A DNA stretch of 58,231 nt, the filler included, from Bipalium vagum (Eukaryota): the NCBI GenBank assembly GCA_037834085.1. It is 3 parts of 3 records of this genome, joined end to end, with 100 filler letters (N's around TTAATTAATTAA, not from the genome) between each part and the next. Parts side by side here need not be neighbours in the genome. Positions count along the whole stretch, not along the records: positions 1 to 15,842 come from JBBMKC010142863.1; 2 more parts are not named here. One strand, 5' to 3'. This document shows, piece after piece, positions 1-13,511 of the stretch (position 1 is its first letter; every line of letters begins with the position of its first letter). Position numbers and translations under genes: made by a program. The notes under the pieces were generated by a model that saw only the letters and a program-made list of their open reading frames with translations, was not told where the DNA came from and searched no databases.

Positions 1-5
1 AAGAA

Positions 6-6
<1 letters not shown>

Positions 7-63
<57 letters not shown>
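7..63. repeat. (AAT)n microsatellite
   Basis: About 19 perfect AAT units at the window start. Confidence 0.95.
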
Positions 64-64
<1 letters not shown>

Positions 65-1363
65 TAGTTTTTATAATACAAGAAAATACATAGTAATAAA
101 TTACTGTATTTTTTCCAAACAAATTGCGTTGTTTTTTCGTACAGTAATTGTAAAGACATCTGCATCATATAAACCGTCCTATGATAATAAATAAATACAC
201 ATCAAATATATTATTCTTTGATAAGATTACAAAAGTATAGTTAATAAATTTTTACAATAATATTTTTTTCTCTTATATAATAATATAATAATACTATATA
301 TATATATATATTATTGCTTTTCATCACAATTTAACTAATTATATCTTGATTTCCAATCTTCAGGTTTTATTCAAGAGAAGGATTCCGAATTTTTTTATTG
401 TTTTAATTCATTATAATTGAAAAATACGATAAATTGTTTAAATTAAAAATTAATTATATATTAATTATATTTAAATTAAAAATTAAAAAAAACTTCGTCT
501 GTGATAATATTTGATATTTTGTATGTTTTAATAATTTAAGTCAAAAATTATAAATAATTAAAAAAATAAAAGACGTTTAAATTATTCATGATTTTGAAAA
601 ATTTACTTCTAAAGAAAAAGATTAAAAAATTTATTTGAACTAATTGAAATATAATTTTCTCTGCAGAATCCCCAAAGCGAAGAAGATACGTAAGTTGGGG
701 AAGAGTGATCACAAATTCTAATGGTAAAATGATGATTGAAAGAATATTTTACAATGACTGAATGAATGGGAAATTGAATTGAAAAGTTTAAAAGTATTGC
801 AAAATTTATTCCTTTGCACATTTTACAAATTTCCACTAATAAATATTTACCAATTTTCTTTAAGAATAATATTTAAATTGGAAAACGTAATTTTTCAAAT
901 TTTTTATCTTAAAATAAATTGTTTTTTAGAACAATAAATATTATTTTTCGTTTATTATGTATTTTATTTTTGTATCAGTCGTGATAGAACTTATTTTCGA
1001 TTTAGCATTCAGAGATTGTTTTAATTGATACATTTTGATAAATCGTTTTGTTTTATCGTTTTTTTAATTATTACATCGATTTAAAATAAAACCAAATTAT
1101 TATATTTCAGTTGATATCTTTATTTTTTTTAATTAACATGAGTAGTATTTAAATTATTGATTTTGTCTGATAGAAACAAAATATTTTAAAAATAAAACTT
1201 TTTCCTATGATATAGAGACGTCATGTACGAAAATAATCATTTAAAGTTCCTTCAAGATTGTTAAAATAAATTGTGAAAGTGATCTGACAGTGAAAATAAA
1301 TATAACAGAACTGAGGTTTAATTTCTTTATAAGTGAAAAATGAGTTATGGCATATATACATGA

Positions 1364-1781
1364 TACTAACTCTGTCCCAAATTATGGTACACATTTGTAC
1401 AAAAGCCCTTATGTAAGATTTTAAGCTTTTTATATTGTATGGTTAATAAAACCAGGTAATCATGCTGATTAATAGATGACATTGATTGAAAATAATTTGC
1501 AAACGATTTTATGTAATTTTTTTTTTCTTAAAAATTTAAAAAAATTACTTGATACCCGTTTTAAACTAAATATTAAAACTATGGATTCGGGAAATATAAA
1601 TATTGAACTAAGACTATCAAATGCAAAGCAGTTAACTGCTGAGCAACGTAATGGAATTTTTCAATTTCTGCTAAAGCGAGTAAAAAACGGTAAAATGTTG
1701 AGGTATGGTGCAATTAAAGAAATAGCCAGTAAATTTACTGAATCTCATTTAACCATATCTAGAATTTGGCAGAAAGCTTAA
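1364..1781 (+). mobile_element. 5' remnant of a DD39D/Stowaway-like Tc1-mariner element (TIR plus N-terminal HTH)
   Basis: TA followed by CTAACTCTGTCCCAAATTA resembles the Stowaway TIR (CTCCCTCCGTCCCAAATTA). ORF 1476-1781 contains LTAEQRNGIFQFLLKRVKNGKMLRYGAIKEIASKF..TISRIW, similar to the DD39D transposase N-terminus. Confidence 0.55.
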
Positions 1782-1799
1782 AATTATTACAATGGTGGT

Positions 1800-2331
1800 A
1801 AAATATGAGCCGATGTTTTGTCAAATAAACAAAAATGATCCAGTAACACACTCCAAAGAAACCATTAAATCTAAAAAAGATTTTTTGTGTGATTGGTGGA
1901 CAGCAGCTCGAATTATTCATCATGAATTCTTAGAAAGGGACCAAACCATCATCGCTGCGGTCTATTTTGATCAGGTTGACCGAGTAGTAGAACTTATCCA
2001 GAAACTACCTTCTTTGATCAATCGAAATAATGTGCTATTTCAAAAACAAGATAGAGCCAGGCCTCATATTGCAAGTAATCCAGGACAAAATTGGGAAATA
2101 TTAGCATATCCACCTTATTCTTCTGATATTTTGTAAAATGATTATCATCTTTTACTATCTCTTAATAATTTTCTGAGGCATTGACTATTCAAAACTCGAG
2201 ATTGTGTTATCGATGCTGTCCGCAGTTTTTTCGATTGCAAATCCGTAGATTTTCACAAAACCGCCATATAGCATTTGGTGACACGTTGGCAGACGGTGAT
2301 AAAGTGTGATGGTGATTATTTCGATAATTAA
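1800..2331 (+). mobile_element. mariner (DD34D) transposase C-terminal remnant
   Basis: WW..IIHHEFL, QDRARPH, WEILAYPPYSSDI, DYHLLLSL, GDYFDN* motifs, with stops and frameshifts. Confidence 0.85.
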
Positions 2332-3599
2332 TATTGTATTTGTGTTTTTTAATAAATCTATACTTTTTATGAAAACACCACGACAGTTATTGGTAATCTA
2401 AAAGAAGAAGCGAAATTGAACTCCTTAAGATTAAAATGAATTCTAATATTATATATAAAAATTCTTGATCTCTCTCAAAATATAATATTTTAACGAAGCT
2501 AGAATTAAATGTTTTTCATCACTGGCAGAAATGTGTCATTGCCAACAGTGCATATTTCAATTAATAAAAGTTTGTTTCTTTAATCATAAGGTTTTAAAAT
2601 CACAATCTAATTTGTGAATAAATTTCCCATTTCAATAGACCAAAGCTGGTAGAAATTGCCTTAATTGAAATGACTTAATTCTTATGGTACAAACAAATTT
2701 TAATAGGCGAAATATTCTTTTTTATTATGAATTTATTTTCAAGTTGTTTTGGCAGATTAGCAGTTTAGAAAATGATCTCTTTTAATTAGTCGGGTAGTCT
2801 CCGTTTCAGAAATTCCAGTTTTTTTTTTCATCAAATCAAATGAAATATATATTTGCTCAACAGAAAAATCTGTCAAAACTGCAAAGAAAATCATCAATAA
2901 TTCCAAATTTTTGGTTCAATATGTAAGTGGAAATTTTTATTTACATATTCCAATTTCAAAGTTGTCAACAAAAATGCTGAAATTTCCATATTTTTTAACA
3001 TTTTAATAAAAAATAAATAATTCATTTGTAATTTTATACCATAATGTCACATTGATGCGAACCGCCATATGAATTTAAAAGACCATTATTTTCCAGAATA
3101 TCTGCAAGGAAGAAAGGCTTTATTTTAAACAATTTAACTATAAAATAATAAAAAATTTTGATTAACTTCAGTTCTTTATCTACGTTTGTTTAAATTTATC
3201 ATTTTAATGAACATAATATCAAAAAAATTTTAAAGTTATCGTGATAATTATTTATGATAATAATTTGTGAATGAAGAATCACTTATCATGCGGTCATAAT
3301 TTTGATTGTTCTTTTTAACATAAATTCCTAATTGAATCACTTCTTTATCTTATTTAATTACTGTGTTGATGCAAAAGTTCGTGCTCAAAATTATACATTT
3401 ATTTACAACAATAACACTACTCTTCAAGATATAGTGGTGGACAGGTTTTTTCACACATAATAAAATTTTGAGATTAATGCAAAGTTAAACATTTATATCT
3501 TAAACTTTCAATCAAATAAAGTTCATCAGCTTCAATTATTTTACTCTACCGATTATTATAATTCTTATTTGGTCAAAGTATCAATTCATATCAATCAAA

Positions 3600-4050
3600 G
3601 TGGGCTATAAATAGTTAATCAAAGTTGAATTACACTGTTTACTATTAACGATATTTGAATTTCTAGCTTCATCCTCAAATAAATGTAGTTCAATGATTTC
3701 TCTTTCCAAAAAAACACGCCAAACAGTGACTTTCGGTGGGTATAGAGATTTTTGTTGAATACGAGGAGCCCCGTCGGCACATATGTAACAATTTTTTATT
3801 AAAAAACCTATCGATGGTGAAATGAACTTCATCACTGAACAAAAGGTTTCTCTAAAAACGGGATCTTTTATTTGTTGTACAGAAGGTACGATGTTGTAAA
3901 TGTTAACCTTATTTCAAACACTGTGTTAATTAAATTTTAAATTGATATAAATGCAAACCATTTCTCAAAATTCTCTATATAGACCTATTTGATATTACAA
4001 GTTCAACAAAATGGCGTGCAATTGATGTTGACGGAGAACTCTTACACTTT
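3600..4050 (-). mobile_element. rosa/DD41D-type Tc1-mariner transposase remnant
   Basis: FSDEVHF..NCYI..KSLYPPKVTVW..LFEDE matches the FSDEAHF/NCRIW/PKVTVW/YFFED family pattern. Confidence 0.7.
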
Positions 4051-6239
4051 TGTAGCGTTCATTTTTTAAAGCTAATAATTTTTTGTTAAAAATCGTTTCT
4101 TATTTTTTATTAAATAATCTTTTACCAGTAATGCAGTTCGGATGAAATTTTTTCAAACTAGGCTTTGGTCAGTGTTTGATGAGGTTACGTCCTAGTTTCG
4201 TTATTATGGATGAAACGTCCTGCAGAATCACTACTGATTAAGTAGATACTTCATATATCGGATAGCCATCTTTTAAGACAACATTTTGGGCGATCAAAGT
4301 ACAATTATGATTAATTGAAAATATTTGATCTGTGAATAAATATTTATTAATATACGCCGTTAGTTTTTCTTTCTTTTTCAGACTCCTTAAAGTGGCTTGA
4401 TAGGTGCTTGATTGAAAAATAACTAAAGATAATGAGCATAAACCAGTAGTATCACTGGAAAAATATTATAAATATATTAAAATGACAAATGTATTTATCT
4501 TGCGGTTCTTTTATATGAAAAATGCAGAGAAATGGAATAAAAATACAGCCATGAAGGAGCTAGATATCATGTTTTATAAAGGTTGATAAGTCAATTGATA
4601 AATGTGTTGGGGTTTGGACGTGCCATGATAATTGTACTAAAAGTATTAAGAGTAATTAAGAGTAAAGTTCTAAAGATAATAATTATAATGAAATGATAAT
4701 AATAATCTTTATTTTAATATAAGATATTTTTAATATATATTTTTTTTAAAAAAAGTAACAATAATAATTTTAATAAAAAGCAGTCTGTTTATAATTCCTA
4801 TTTCGACCAAGTTGAGGTTTTTAAAGAACCTGTCCTGATGTGAGTTTTTAGGTTAATTATTTTGTCCCAGAGTTTGACGTGAACAATATTGAATAAAAAG
4901 GACTGTTAAAGTTAATTAATGTCATCTGTTAAGGATTCATGATAATCCTTTTTGTTTCTCTTGATCTGGACTTTCAAACTTAATTATTATTTTTTCCCTA
5001 ATTTGTTAAGTTCTCAGTTTTGAGAACTGGTGGACTAATTGGCTGGCTAAAACTATAAATGCAGGTCTCAGAACTGAAGGAGCAAGAAAGGAAAGTGACC
5101 TTAAAATAAATTTATAAACTGGCTAATATCAAATTGATATGAAAATCATTTACGAAGTGATCTTATAAGTGATTTATTTTGGATGTAACTTGAAATAAAC
5201 AGGCTAGTAATTACTATATCTATTCAAATGATTGTGTTTGGGCCCCTATCAAAATATAAGACTTGTGATTGCTTTAATATATCCTCGTAGTCCACCATTA
5301 GGCCTGATCCAAAGTCGGCTTTTGGTAATTCACTAATTTTTAATTAAAAAACTGATTGTCTTTAATATTTTCTCATTTTGTTATTACATCTTGTTTTATT
5401 TCAGTTATATTTATTCATCTGTGAGTGGCCGAAAAGTTTAGATTATAAGACAATTAAAGAACCTTGCAAAGTATTTTGATACATTCAAGTTTTTGTTGTG
5501 TTAATCAAATAAAAGTTTTAGACTTATCTTTTATTTGATTTGTAAGGAGCATTGGAAATTGATGAACACAGCTATTATGCCTTGGAGTCAAATAATTAGT
5601 GAGCTTCTTTATTATTAATATTAACAAATGAACCATCAAAATATAAATAATATTTCATTTATTTAGAGTAGTTTTAAGAAAACACGAATTTAAAAGATTG
5701 ATTTGAAGAGACACAAAGAAAATCATTAAAATCTACATTATATGTACATCAGAAAAATAAAATTTTGATTATTTTTATTACGGAGAGAATGCACTACACT
5801 TAAAGTCAGAAACTAAAGTTCATATGAAATATATTCATTTAAACATAATAAATGGTGAAAGCAATATTCAAGTTATGAAACAGGAAATATCATATGTAAA
5901 ATATTACATCCCAGTTTCCTGAATCTACATCAAATTCGGACTTGGTGATAAGGGAAAATATATTTAGCAGCTTTATTTATTTCTAACACAAAATTTTAAA
6001 TTATTTATACGGCGATTTAAGGACAAAACAAATATTTATTAAAGTATGTTTATTAAAGACTAAAATTTAGGGTAATTTTAGTTTATGAAAAGTAATTTTT
6101 TGAATGAAAAATTAGGGTGCTCGAGTAGAATTGACATGAAGAAACGGTAAGAAAAAAGAAAAGATCTCTAAAATCTACAATTTTTGTCACTCATTGAAAA
6201 TTCATAAACCAAGATTAAGGTTATACATCAGAGATGGTA

Positions 6240-7140
6240 GCTATTTAATAAAGGTACCATCGGCATTAATCCCACTTTCCTCGACTCCAGAAGTGAGAAC
6301 ATGAGATTTTAATGACATCTGTAGAGAAAACCTGAGATTTTTGACATAATTTTCTTATCACCTCACCTTTATTACAGACAGTTTTATTAGTAATCCTTGC
6401 AATCACCTCCCACAAGTAATAATCGAGTGGATTACAGTCAGGTGAGTTTGGAGAGCGCAAATCAGTAGTGTCGTGATAATAAAAATTTACTGATAGCCTC
6501 GAGTGCTGGAGCTGAATCTTGTTGCTCTTTCAACGGCAACTTTATCGATCAAAGATTTAACCACAGTCGACAGCATATAGTGATAAACATTCTAATTCAC
6601 TTTAAGACCTTCAAGCTGCTAATAACACCAAAGACCATGACGTGAGGAGGATACTTTGTTTTAATGACTCTAGGAACACTTTTATGACTCTGAGCAACTA
6701 TCTGTTATTCTGCCTGTTGTATGTCTGATCCTGACATAGGCTTTCCCATTCGTAAAAAATTAAAACATGTTTGATTTTTTGCAAACGTTTTTGTTCTTCT
6801 CGAGGCATGTCATTATCATTTTTCCATAAGAAGTTGTCCACTTCACATTTTTAAAGACCTATAGCGAATATCCTTGCTCACACAAAGTTTAATTGTTCTC
6901 TGAACCAACTAATCAACTAGAAATATCACGAGTTGAAAGCGGTGGGTCTTTGTCGATCATTTGCTGCACATTTTTAATAAATTTTTCGCTTCTCACATTC
7001 TGTTTCACTCAATCTTGTGTTTTTCGGTTACTTACAGACTCCACATCAAATTCCAATTCAATCTACTGCTTTTTGATTCTTGAATTGTAAGGAGATTTAA
7101 TTTCAACTTCTCAGCAATGTCACTGCTTATCATTCCGGAG
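6240..7140 (-). mobile_element. maT (DD37D-like) transposase remnant
   Basis: QQDSAPA and SPNSPDCNPLDYYLW motifs; degraded upstream HTH region. Confidence 0.7.
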
Positions 7141-7309
7141 CACATTGAATATATTATTATAAAAAGCAGTTTTTAATAACACATTTATGTTGTTTAAAAT
7201 TATTTTATACTATGAAATATATATTATATTTAATCCCTCACAAGGCCTTATAAAACTCAAATTTCATTGTAGCTTGTTTTGTTTGGCTAATGTGAGGGAC
7301 AAACCTCAA

Positions 7310-7663
7310 CATGAAAATCTCATGATTAAACAGAGCAACGCTCGCCCTCATATAGCCAAATTTACAAACTCTTCCTTAGAGCAAAATACAATTAAGTGTA
7401 TCCCACAATCACCTTACTCTCCTGACATGAACCCGATTTATTGCTTCATATCCGGTCATTTTGAGTAAAAGAAATGAATGGAAATATTTTAATCCATATA
7501 CAAAATAAAAATGTTTTCATCTATTTTCTGAGGCTGACTCGTGCGTTGAACAGATGGAAAGGCGATCTGAACAACATCATTTTGTGTAATAGTAAATATT
7601 TGAAGTGAACATTGGTCGTCAAATATAAGATTTTTTATACATGCTGTTTTAGGGGCCCCTGTA
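7310..7663 (+). mobile_element. mariner remnant (3' part)
   Basis: QSNARPH..IPQSPYSPDMNP; ends in TIR-like GGGGCCCCTG followed by TA. Confidence 0.65.
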
Positions 7664-8871
7664 TATAAATAAATGATAAATTATCAAAATAATTTAACTT
7701 TTTTATGAATGTAAGAGTAAACTCTGTAATCTGAACAAGATATTAAAATTTAAAATTAATTTTTAAACTAATCTGCCTCTATTAAAAAATTGTCTCCACA
7801 TATTATTAAAATATTAGTTTGTAAAGAAATTAATGGCGGTTTTTATGACTTCATTTTTGCATTATTTACTTTTAAATGACATTTTATTTTACTAATATAA
7901 ATTTTTTCATATCTTAAAGCGAAATCTCTAAAAAAGGTAAGTAAACAAAATTTCTAATAAAGAAAATTTATCTTCAGTTTGATATATTAAAACAATTATT
8001 ATTATAAAAATTGGTTGGTTAACAATGCTTTCAAATGAAAAAACTAAAATCCAATAAAAACTATAATTCACTAAAAACCGGATATTTTAATAAACTTACT
8101 AAAAAAATTGATTTTTTGAACTGATTTAACAACCGAGTCAAGAGTTTTAACTTCACATTCTAAATCTTTAAAAGTATTGGTAGCAGAATGAGATTTTCGA
8201 AAAAACCCAATTATGAGAGAAAAAGATATGTAATACATTTTTATCAAGAATTAACATCCAAATATTTATGTACATAGTAGAAATTGTAGGAATCAAATAA
8301 ATCAAATATTTTTTAATGCAAACTTTTTCCAAAAATTTCCAAATTTTTCAATATAATTTACTTATTTCTACTTCAAAGTCTACTTTGACAGTAACTTTTA
8401 TTTTATTAAGTAGATCAGTAGGATTTCAGGATAGTTCCTAGGAAAACTTTCAACAGAAATTAAATTAAATTAAAAATTATGACTTTTTTCCTCTTCTGTT
8501 GTATTCTCTACCTCATTAATACTCAGAAAGAGTATTTAAATTCCATATGGAAAATGGAATTCAAACTCATGAAAATTAGTTATCACTGCAAAAGAAATAA
8601 AAACCCTTTCTAATTTCTGTAAAAAAGCAAATCTTGATTGATTAAAATTGTAAAATTAATAATTAAAACATAAAGTTTACCATGAAGAGGTGATAAGTGA
8701 TAATTGCCAAATAACAAATTTATTTCAGTTTCATTTAAAACAAACCGTGAAAAAAAATCATTAAAATTAAGTGAATAATAATAATATTAATATCCAATAT
8801 AATTTTAATAAAATAATTATTATAGTATATTAATAGTATTACAATTATTATTTATTAAAACTATATTATTA

Positions 8872-9042
8872 NNNNNNNNNNNNNNNNNNNNNNNNNNNNN
8901 NNNNNNNNNNNNNNNNNNNNNNNNNNNNNNNNNNNNNNNNNNNNNNNNNNNNNNNNNNNNNNNNNNNNNNNNNNNNNNNNNNNNNNNNNNNNNNNNNNNN
9001 NNNNNNNNNNNNNNNNNNNNNNNNNNNNNNNNNNNNNNNNNN
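8872..9042. other. assembly gap (171 N)
   Basis: Run of N. Confidence 0.99.
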
Positions 9043-10149
9043 TTATTTTTATTTTCGTTTTATTATTATATTGATAATCGGTTCTTTATTTCACTTTCAT
9101 TGATTGTAGGATAAGATATTTCGTCACCTTATTAATGCCTCATTTATTTCCAGAAATCGGCTGACAATTTCCTGTGACGCCATTGTTTCTAGTTTTGGAA
9201 AGTGTAAAAAAAAATTTTTCCCCATTTTTTTTGCAGCTCTGCAAAAATAAAATTCACTTAGTTGGCATTTGCAGGGTTGGATTTTTGTACAAAAAATACA
9301 TAATTATAACCATCGTAACATATATATCAAATTGCTTTTTTCAATTATTAACGAGAAAAGGGGAATTTTCGTTACGAAATTATGGCCAATAAATCAGAGT
9401 ACGGTTATTTAACGGTTTCGTAAGCAGAAAAATATTTTTAGGGCGATGGGATTGGGATTTTTTATTTGATTGATGAATCGAAGATTTTGTATTGTATATC
9501 ACACCAGCAAATTTATTGCTACACGAACAGATAATTAACATCTTTTACAGATAAATCATTCTTTAGCATCAATTATAAGCAGATATTTCAAAGGAATAAT
9601 TGCAGGGTTAAAGTGGGTTTAATTTAAATTGTAATTATTTTTTACTGATGTTAGCTTTGTTTTTCCAATGCTCACGATTTAAGGAGAAGCAAAGCCTTTT
9701 TGAATCCCAACCTCCGTTCCGAAATTATTTTTTGTTACTGTTAGTTTATCTTGGAAAAATTATCGTTAAATATAAATCTAATTGACCCAAAATGAAAATG
9801 ATGGAAAATCTCAGCTGGAAATATATGGATTTTATTTCACTCTGATTTTTGCTTTTCTTTAAGAAAAAAAATAAAAATTAATAACTTAGACTAATTATAA
9901 TAATTATCATAGAAGATATTGCTATTTATAAAATCTTTGTTAAAATAAGTCAATAAATTTTAACCTTTGTACATATTGTGTAAAGAGTACCAATTTATAC
10001 AATCCATTAAAGATATCAATAAAAGGATGTTCAATAATTTGTTGTTACTTTTATTGAGTTACCGCGTGGAGTATTAGTCAGAATCATCATTCAGAGTATT
10101 AACGGTATACTTTTTATTATTCATATCTATACATCGACTGCAATTTATA

Positions 10150-10950
10150 GTATAAACAAATTAGTTGAACAAAGAATCTGCCTTATGCTACAGAAGATCT
10201 AACATGATTCGGGTATGTCAAAAATACAAACATGTGAATGATATAAAATTATTCAAAGATGGCAAAGAAGGGATAGTTGATTTTCCTCGTTGTTTTCGAT
10301 CATCAATATTTATAACCAACGAAAACATTTACAAAATAAGAAGTTTGTGATCTACAATATGATATTATTAGATTACGAGTGTGATATGGAAACTAATCAA
10401 TAGTTTTCGGAATGGTGCCTCGAAAACAAGCCGAAACTCAAAAAACAGCAACAGAATCAGTCAGAAATCAAGACCACGTGGACTGCTTTTTTTTCGATTA
10501 CTGCGGTGTGATGCACTTAGAATTCCTTCTAAATAAAGAAACAGTAAAAGGATTGAGATAGAATATCCGAACAAAACATGGTTTGTGGAAGGAAAATTCA
10601 TGTAGATTGCCTCATAATAATGCACAATCGCATAAAGTCATTGTTGTGCAAGAGTTTTGAGCAAAAAGCTCAACAAACGTTACCGAACAGACACCATACT
10701 CGTTTGATATAGTTCTGCATGACTTTTCCTGTTCCTCAGGCTAAAATTACAAATACCTTGAGTCAAGTTAATAAATACAAAACAATTCACTAAATGAGCT
10801 GACAAACATATCTCAATCAGCCTACAAAGATTTAATCATCCGCTGATATAGTTGTATTACAGTGGATGAGGCTCATTAAGAAGGCAAAAAAATTATCAAT
10901 CTTTTTTTTGTCTAATAAAGAATTCCAGGTACTTTATACATAACAAGTAT
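10150..10950 (+). mobile_element. mariner (DD34D) degraded transposase
   Basis: FKDGKEGIVDFPR, AFFDYCGVMHLEFL, HNNAQSH and QTPYSFD motifs spread across frames. Confidence 0.75.
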
Positions 10951-10964
10951 ACTGAAACATTTCA

Positions 10965-11030
10965 TACAGTGAAACCTCGTTAATTCGAACTCGGTTAATT
11001 CGCAAACTTTCTTAATTCGATAACGATTTT
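10965..11030 (+). mobile_element. pogo/Tigger-like terminal inverted repeat (one end)
   Basis: TA followed by CAGTGAAACCTCGTTAATTCGAACTCGGTTAATTCG, a typical Tigger end with internal TTAATTCG repeats. A more diverged copy lies near 20747. Confidence 0.55.
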
Positions 11031-11240
11031 GGTTTACAAATAATGGAAAAATCGACAATTCTCATGGATATGGAATATGAGTGCCGGAGTGAATCCAGCA
11101 CAATCAAAACTGACCGGAAAATAAAATTATGTAATTAGGAATGGTGCATCTAATCAATTTATTACAATGTCCTAGTATCAGTCCAAATCTGAATCCGAAA
11201 CTTTTTATTTTAAATATTTTATTAATTTCAATAAAATTTA

Positions 11241-12460
11241 CAGTATTGATTTTAAGTTTAAGACACCCTATATAAATATATACATATATATATAAGAAAA
11301 GAAAATGACATTTTTTTGGATAATTATACATGTTAGTATTTTGTGATATAACCATGGTGTCGAACAACTTGCTGAAGACGTCTACCTATTGAAGAAACAC
11401 AATGTTTACTTGATATTGATAACCAAGCTTCATGAATACTCTCAATGATTTCTTCAACATTGCGAACTGTTTTCCTTGTCACATTCTGCTTCATTATACT
11501 CCATATATTTTCAATACAGTTCAAATTTGGACTTTGAGCAGGCTATGGTACAATAAAATCGTCCATATTATGATCATGTAACCATTGCTGAACTTTTTTT
11601 GATTTATGAACAGGCTGTTATCCATAACAATTTTGAAATCTGGTATTTGGAATAATTCAATAGATGGTATTAAGGAGTTCTCTAATGCCATAATGATGTC
11701 ATCAGCCTTGACATTATTACTGAAGACATGAAGAACACCATCACCGCTAAAAGTCATTGTGCCGAAAACCATGACAAACCTACGAACAACAAGGTAAAGG
11801 AGCATTCATCGGTCCAGATAATTCGATTCCAATCTTCTGCTTGCCAACTTAATCTACTGGAACAACATTGGATTCTAACCCGTCTATTACCAACACGTAA
11901 CATGGGAACTTTATAACTAGTTCTAGCTCTAAGTCCGTACTTAACCAAAATTTTGCGGATATGTGATTCTGATATATTAATACTCGATGCTTTCCTCAAT
12001 TCTACCGATGTTGCACGACGATTCTGTCTGCATAAACGATATAAGTATCGTTCATTTCGGAAAGTAAATAGCTTTGGACGCCCAGACCTAGAACGATGTT
12101 TGACCATTCCTGTTTCTTCAAATCGACGGATTGTTTGCAAACACATGTCCTGGATACTTGTAAAACTTTGGCTATGCGCTTCTTAGTTGTTCCGACACGA
12201 TGTGCCCCAATGATTTACCAGTATAATGAATTGTCTATTGTTCGTCTACCCATATAAATTTCTAAATAATAAAATGATGTTTTAAATGATTTAACTTAAT
12301 AATAAACGATTTAATTTTAAGTGATAAAATTTAAATTCAAAAAAATAAATCATTAAATGACTAAAATAGCTTATTAAAAGATATGAAAATGATAAAAATT
12401 TATATAAATGAATTACAATTCAGTTTTACATGGGGTGTCTTAAACTTAAAATCATTAGTG
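11241..12460 (-). mobile_element. Full-length (1220 bp) Tc1-like element with pseudogenised transposase
   Basis: 28-bp TIRs CA(G/C)TA(T/A)TGATTTTAAGTTTAAGACACCC with TA on both sides. Transposase fragments: RSGRPK HTH, WTDE, MDN, QSPNLNCIENIW. Confidence 0.92.
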
Positions 12461-13511
12461 TATCTTATATTTTTAAATATATTATTTTGCGATGAATGAT
12501 TTAAAGAAAATAAAAATTAATAATAGGAAGAAGTATTTTGTAAGATATTAGTTTTATTTGAATAAATTAATATGAGATTTTCCACATGTAAAAATAAAAA
12601 AAAATTTAATATCAATTTAAAAAGTAATTGTTTTGTAAAGATTCCAAAAATTGAATAAATTAGTTTGAGCCAATAATAATGAAAAAAAATATTATAAGAT
12701 CTAAAATATTACATTTAAGATATTAAGTACAGATATTCCGTTATAAAAATTTATTCAATTCATTATTGATTAACATACTTTAGTCACATCACCCTCACAT
12801 TAACGGTAATACTATATACATGTATGAAGTACACAGCTTTTGAAATATAATTCAGGGGCTTTTGAAATATTGATTAGGATATAACAGTATATGACCCATT
12901 AGAGAGACAATAATTTGATTTTAATTGAAATTATTAATAAAATTCACAAAAATAATGCTTCATGTTGACATACTTTTTTTCTAAAAATTATAATAATAAT
13001 AATAATAATAATTCTATAGATTTTCACTTTCATTTTCTGAAATCTTAAATTCAATAAACCACTCATAGCCTAAAATAAATAAGAATCTCTGTAATAAAAT
13101 ATGTATTATTATTTTTCTGTAATTCAATGTTTTACTCTTTGCTATATGTATATTCTTAAAAACAATTATATTATATTTATGATCTTATCTCGATTAAAAA
13201 TGTAAGCCTAATTTTTCACTCTTGGATTCTCATATAAGCATCATTCTTCGAATAAATAGTGAACAAAAATAATAATGCAAAAATTTTTCAGTCTCTTTTC
13301 TTTTTTCATAATTTTCATTTTTTATGTTACATTGACTGATTTTTCGTTTTGCCCTATTCCCGTTCGGAAAGGATTTTGTGAGAAATGAAAGAGACCTTTT
13401 ACTGAAATAAAACACACTTCAAATCAACAATGCAAAACGTATTGGTATTTATAGAGAAAATACAAACATGAGACAAAATTGAAATATTCATCATCATCTT
13501 TTTTCCAATAT

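Noticed and set aside
609-836. Short ORFs here and at 6893, 13230, 23881, 27357, 29660, 40045, 46389, 46668, 49187, 49424, 49650, 50532, 50794
   Set aside because: Composition typical of random AT-rich frames, or antisense to exons and TEs; no homology signal.
9043-9460. Slightly GC-richer non-coding block and ORF 9174-9392
   Set aside because: No motif, structure or coding signal I can support.
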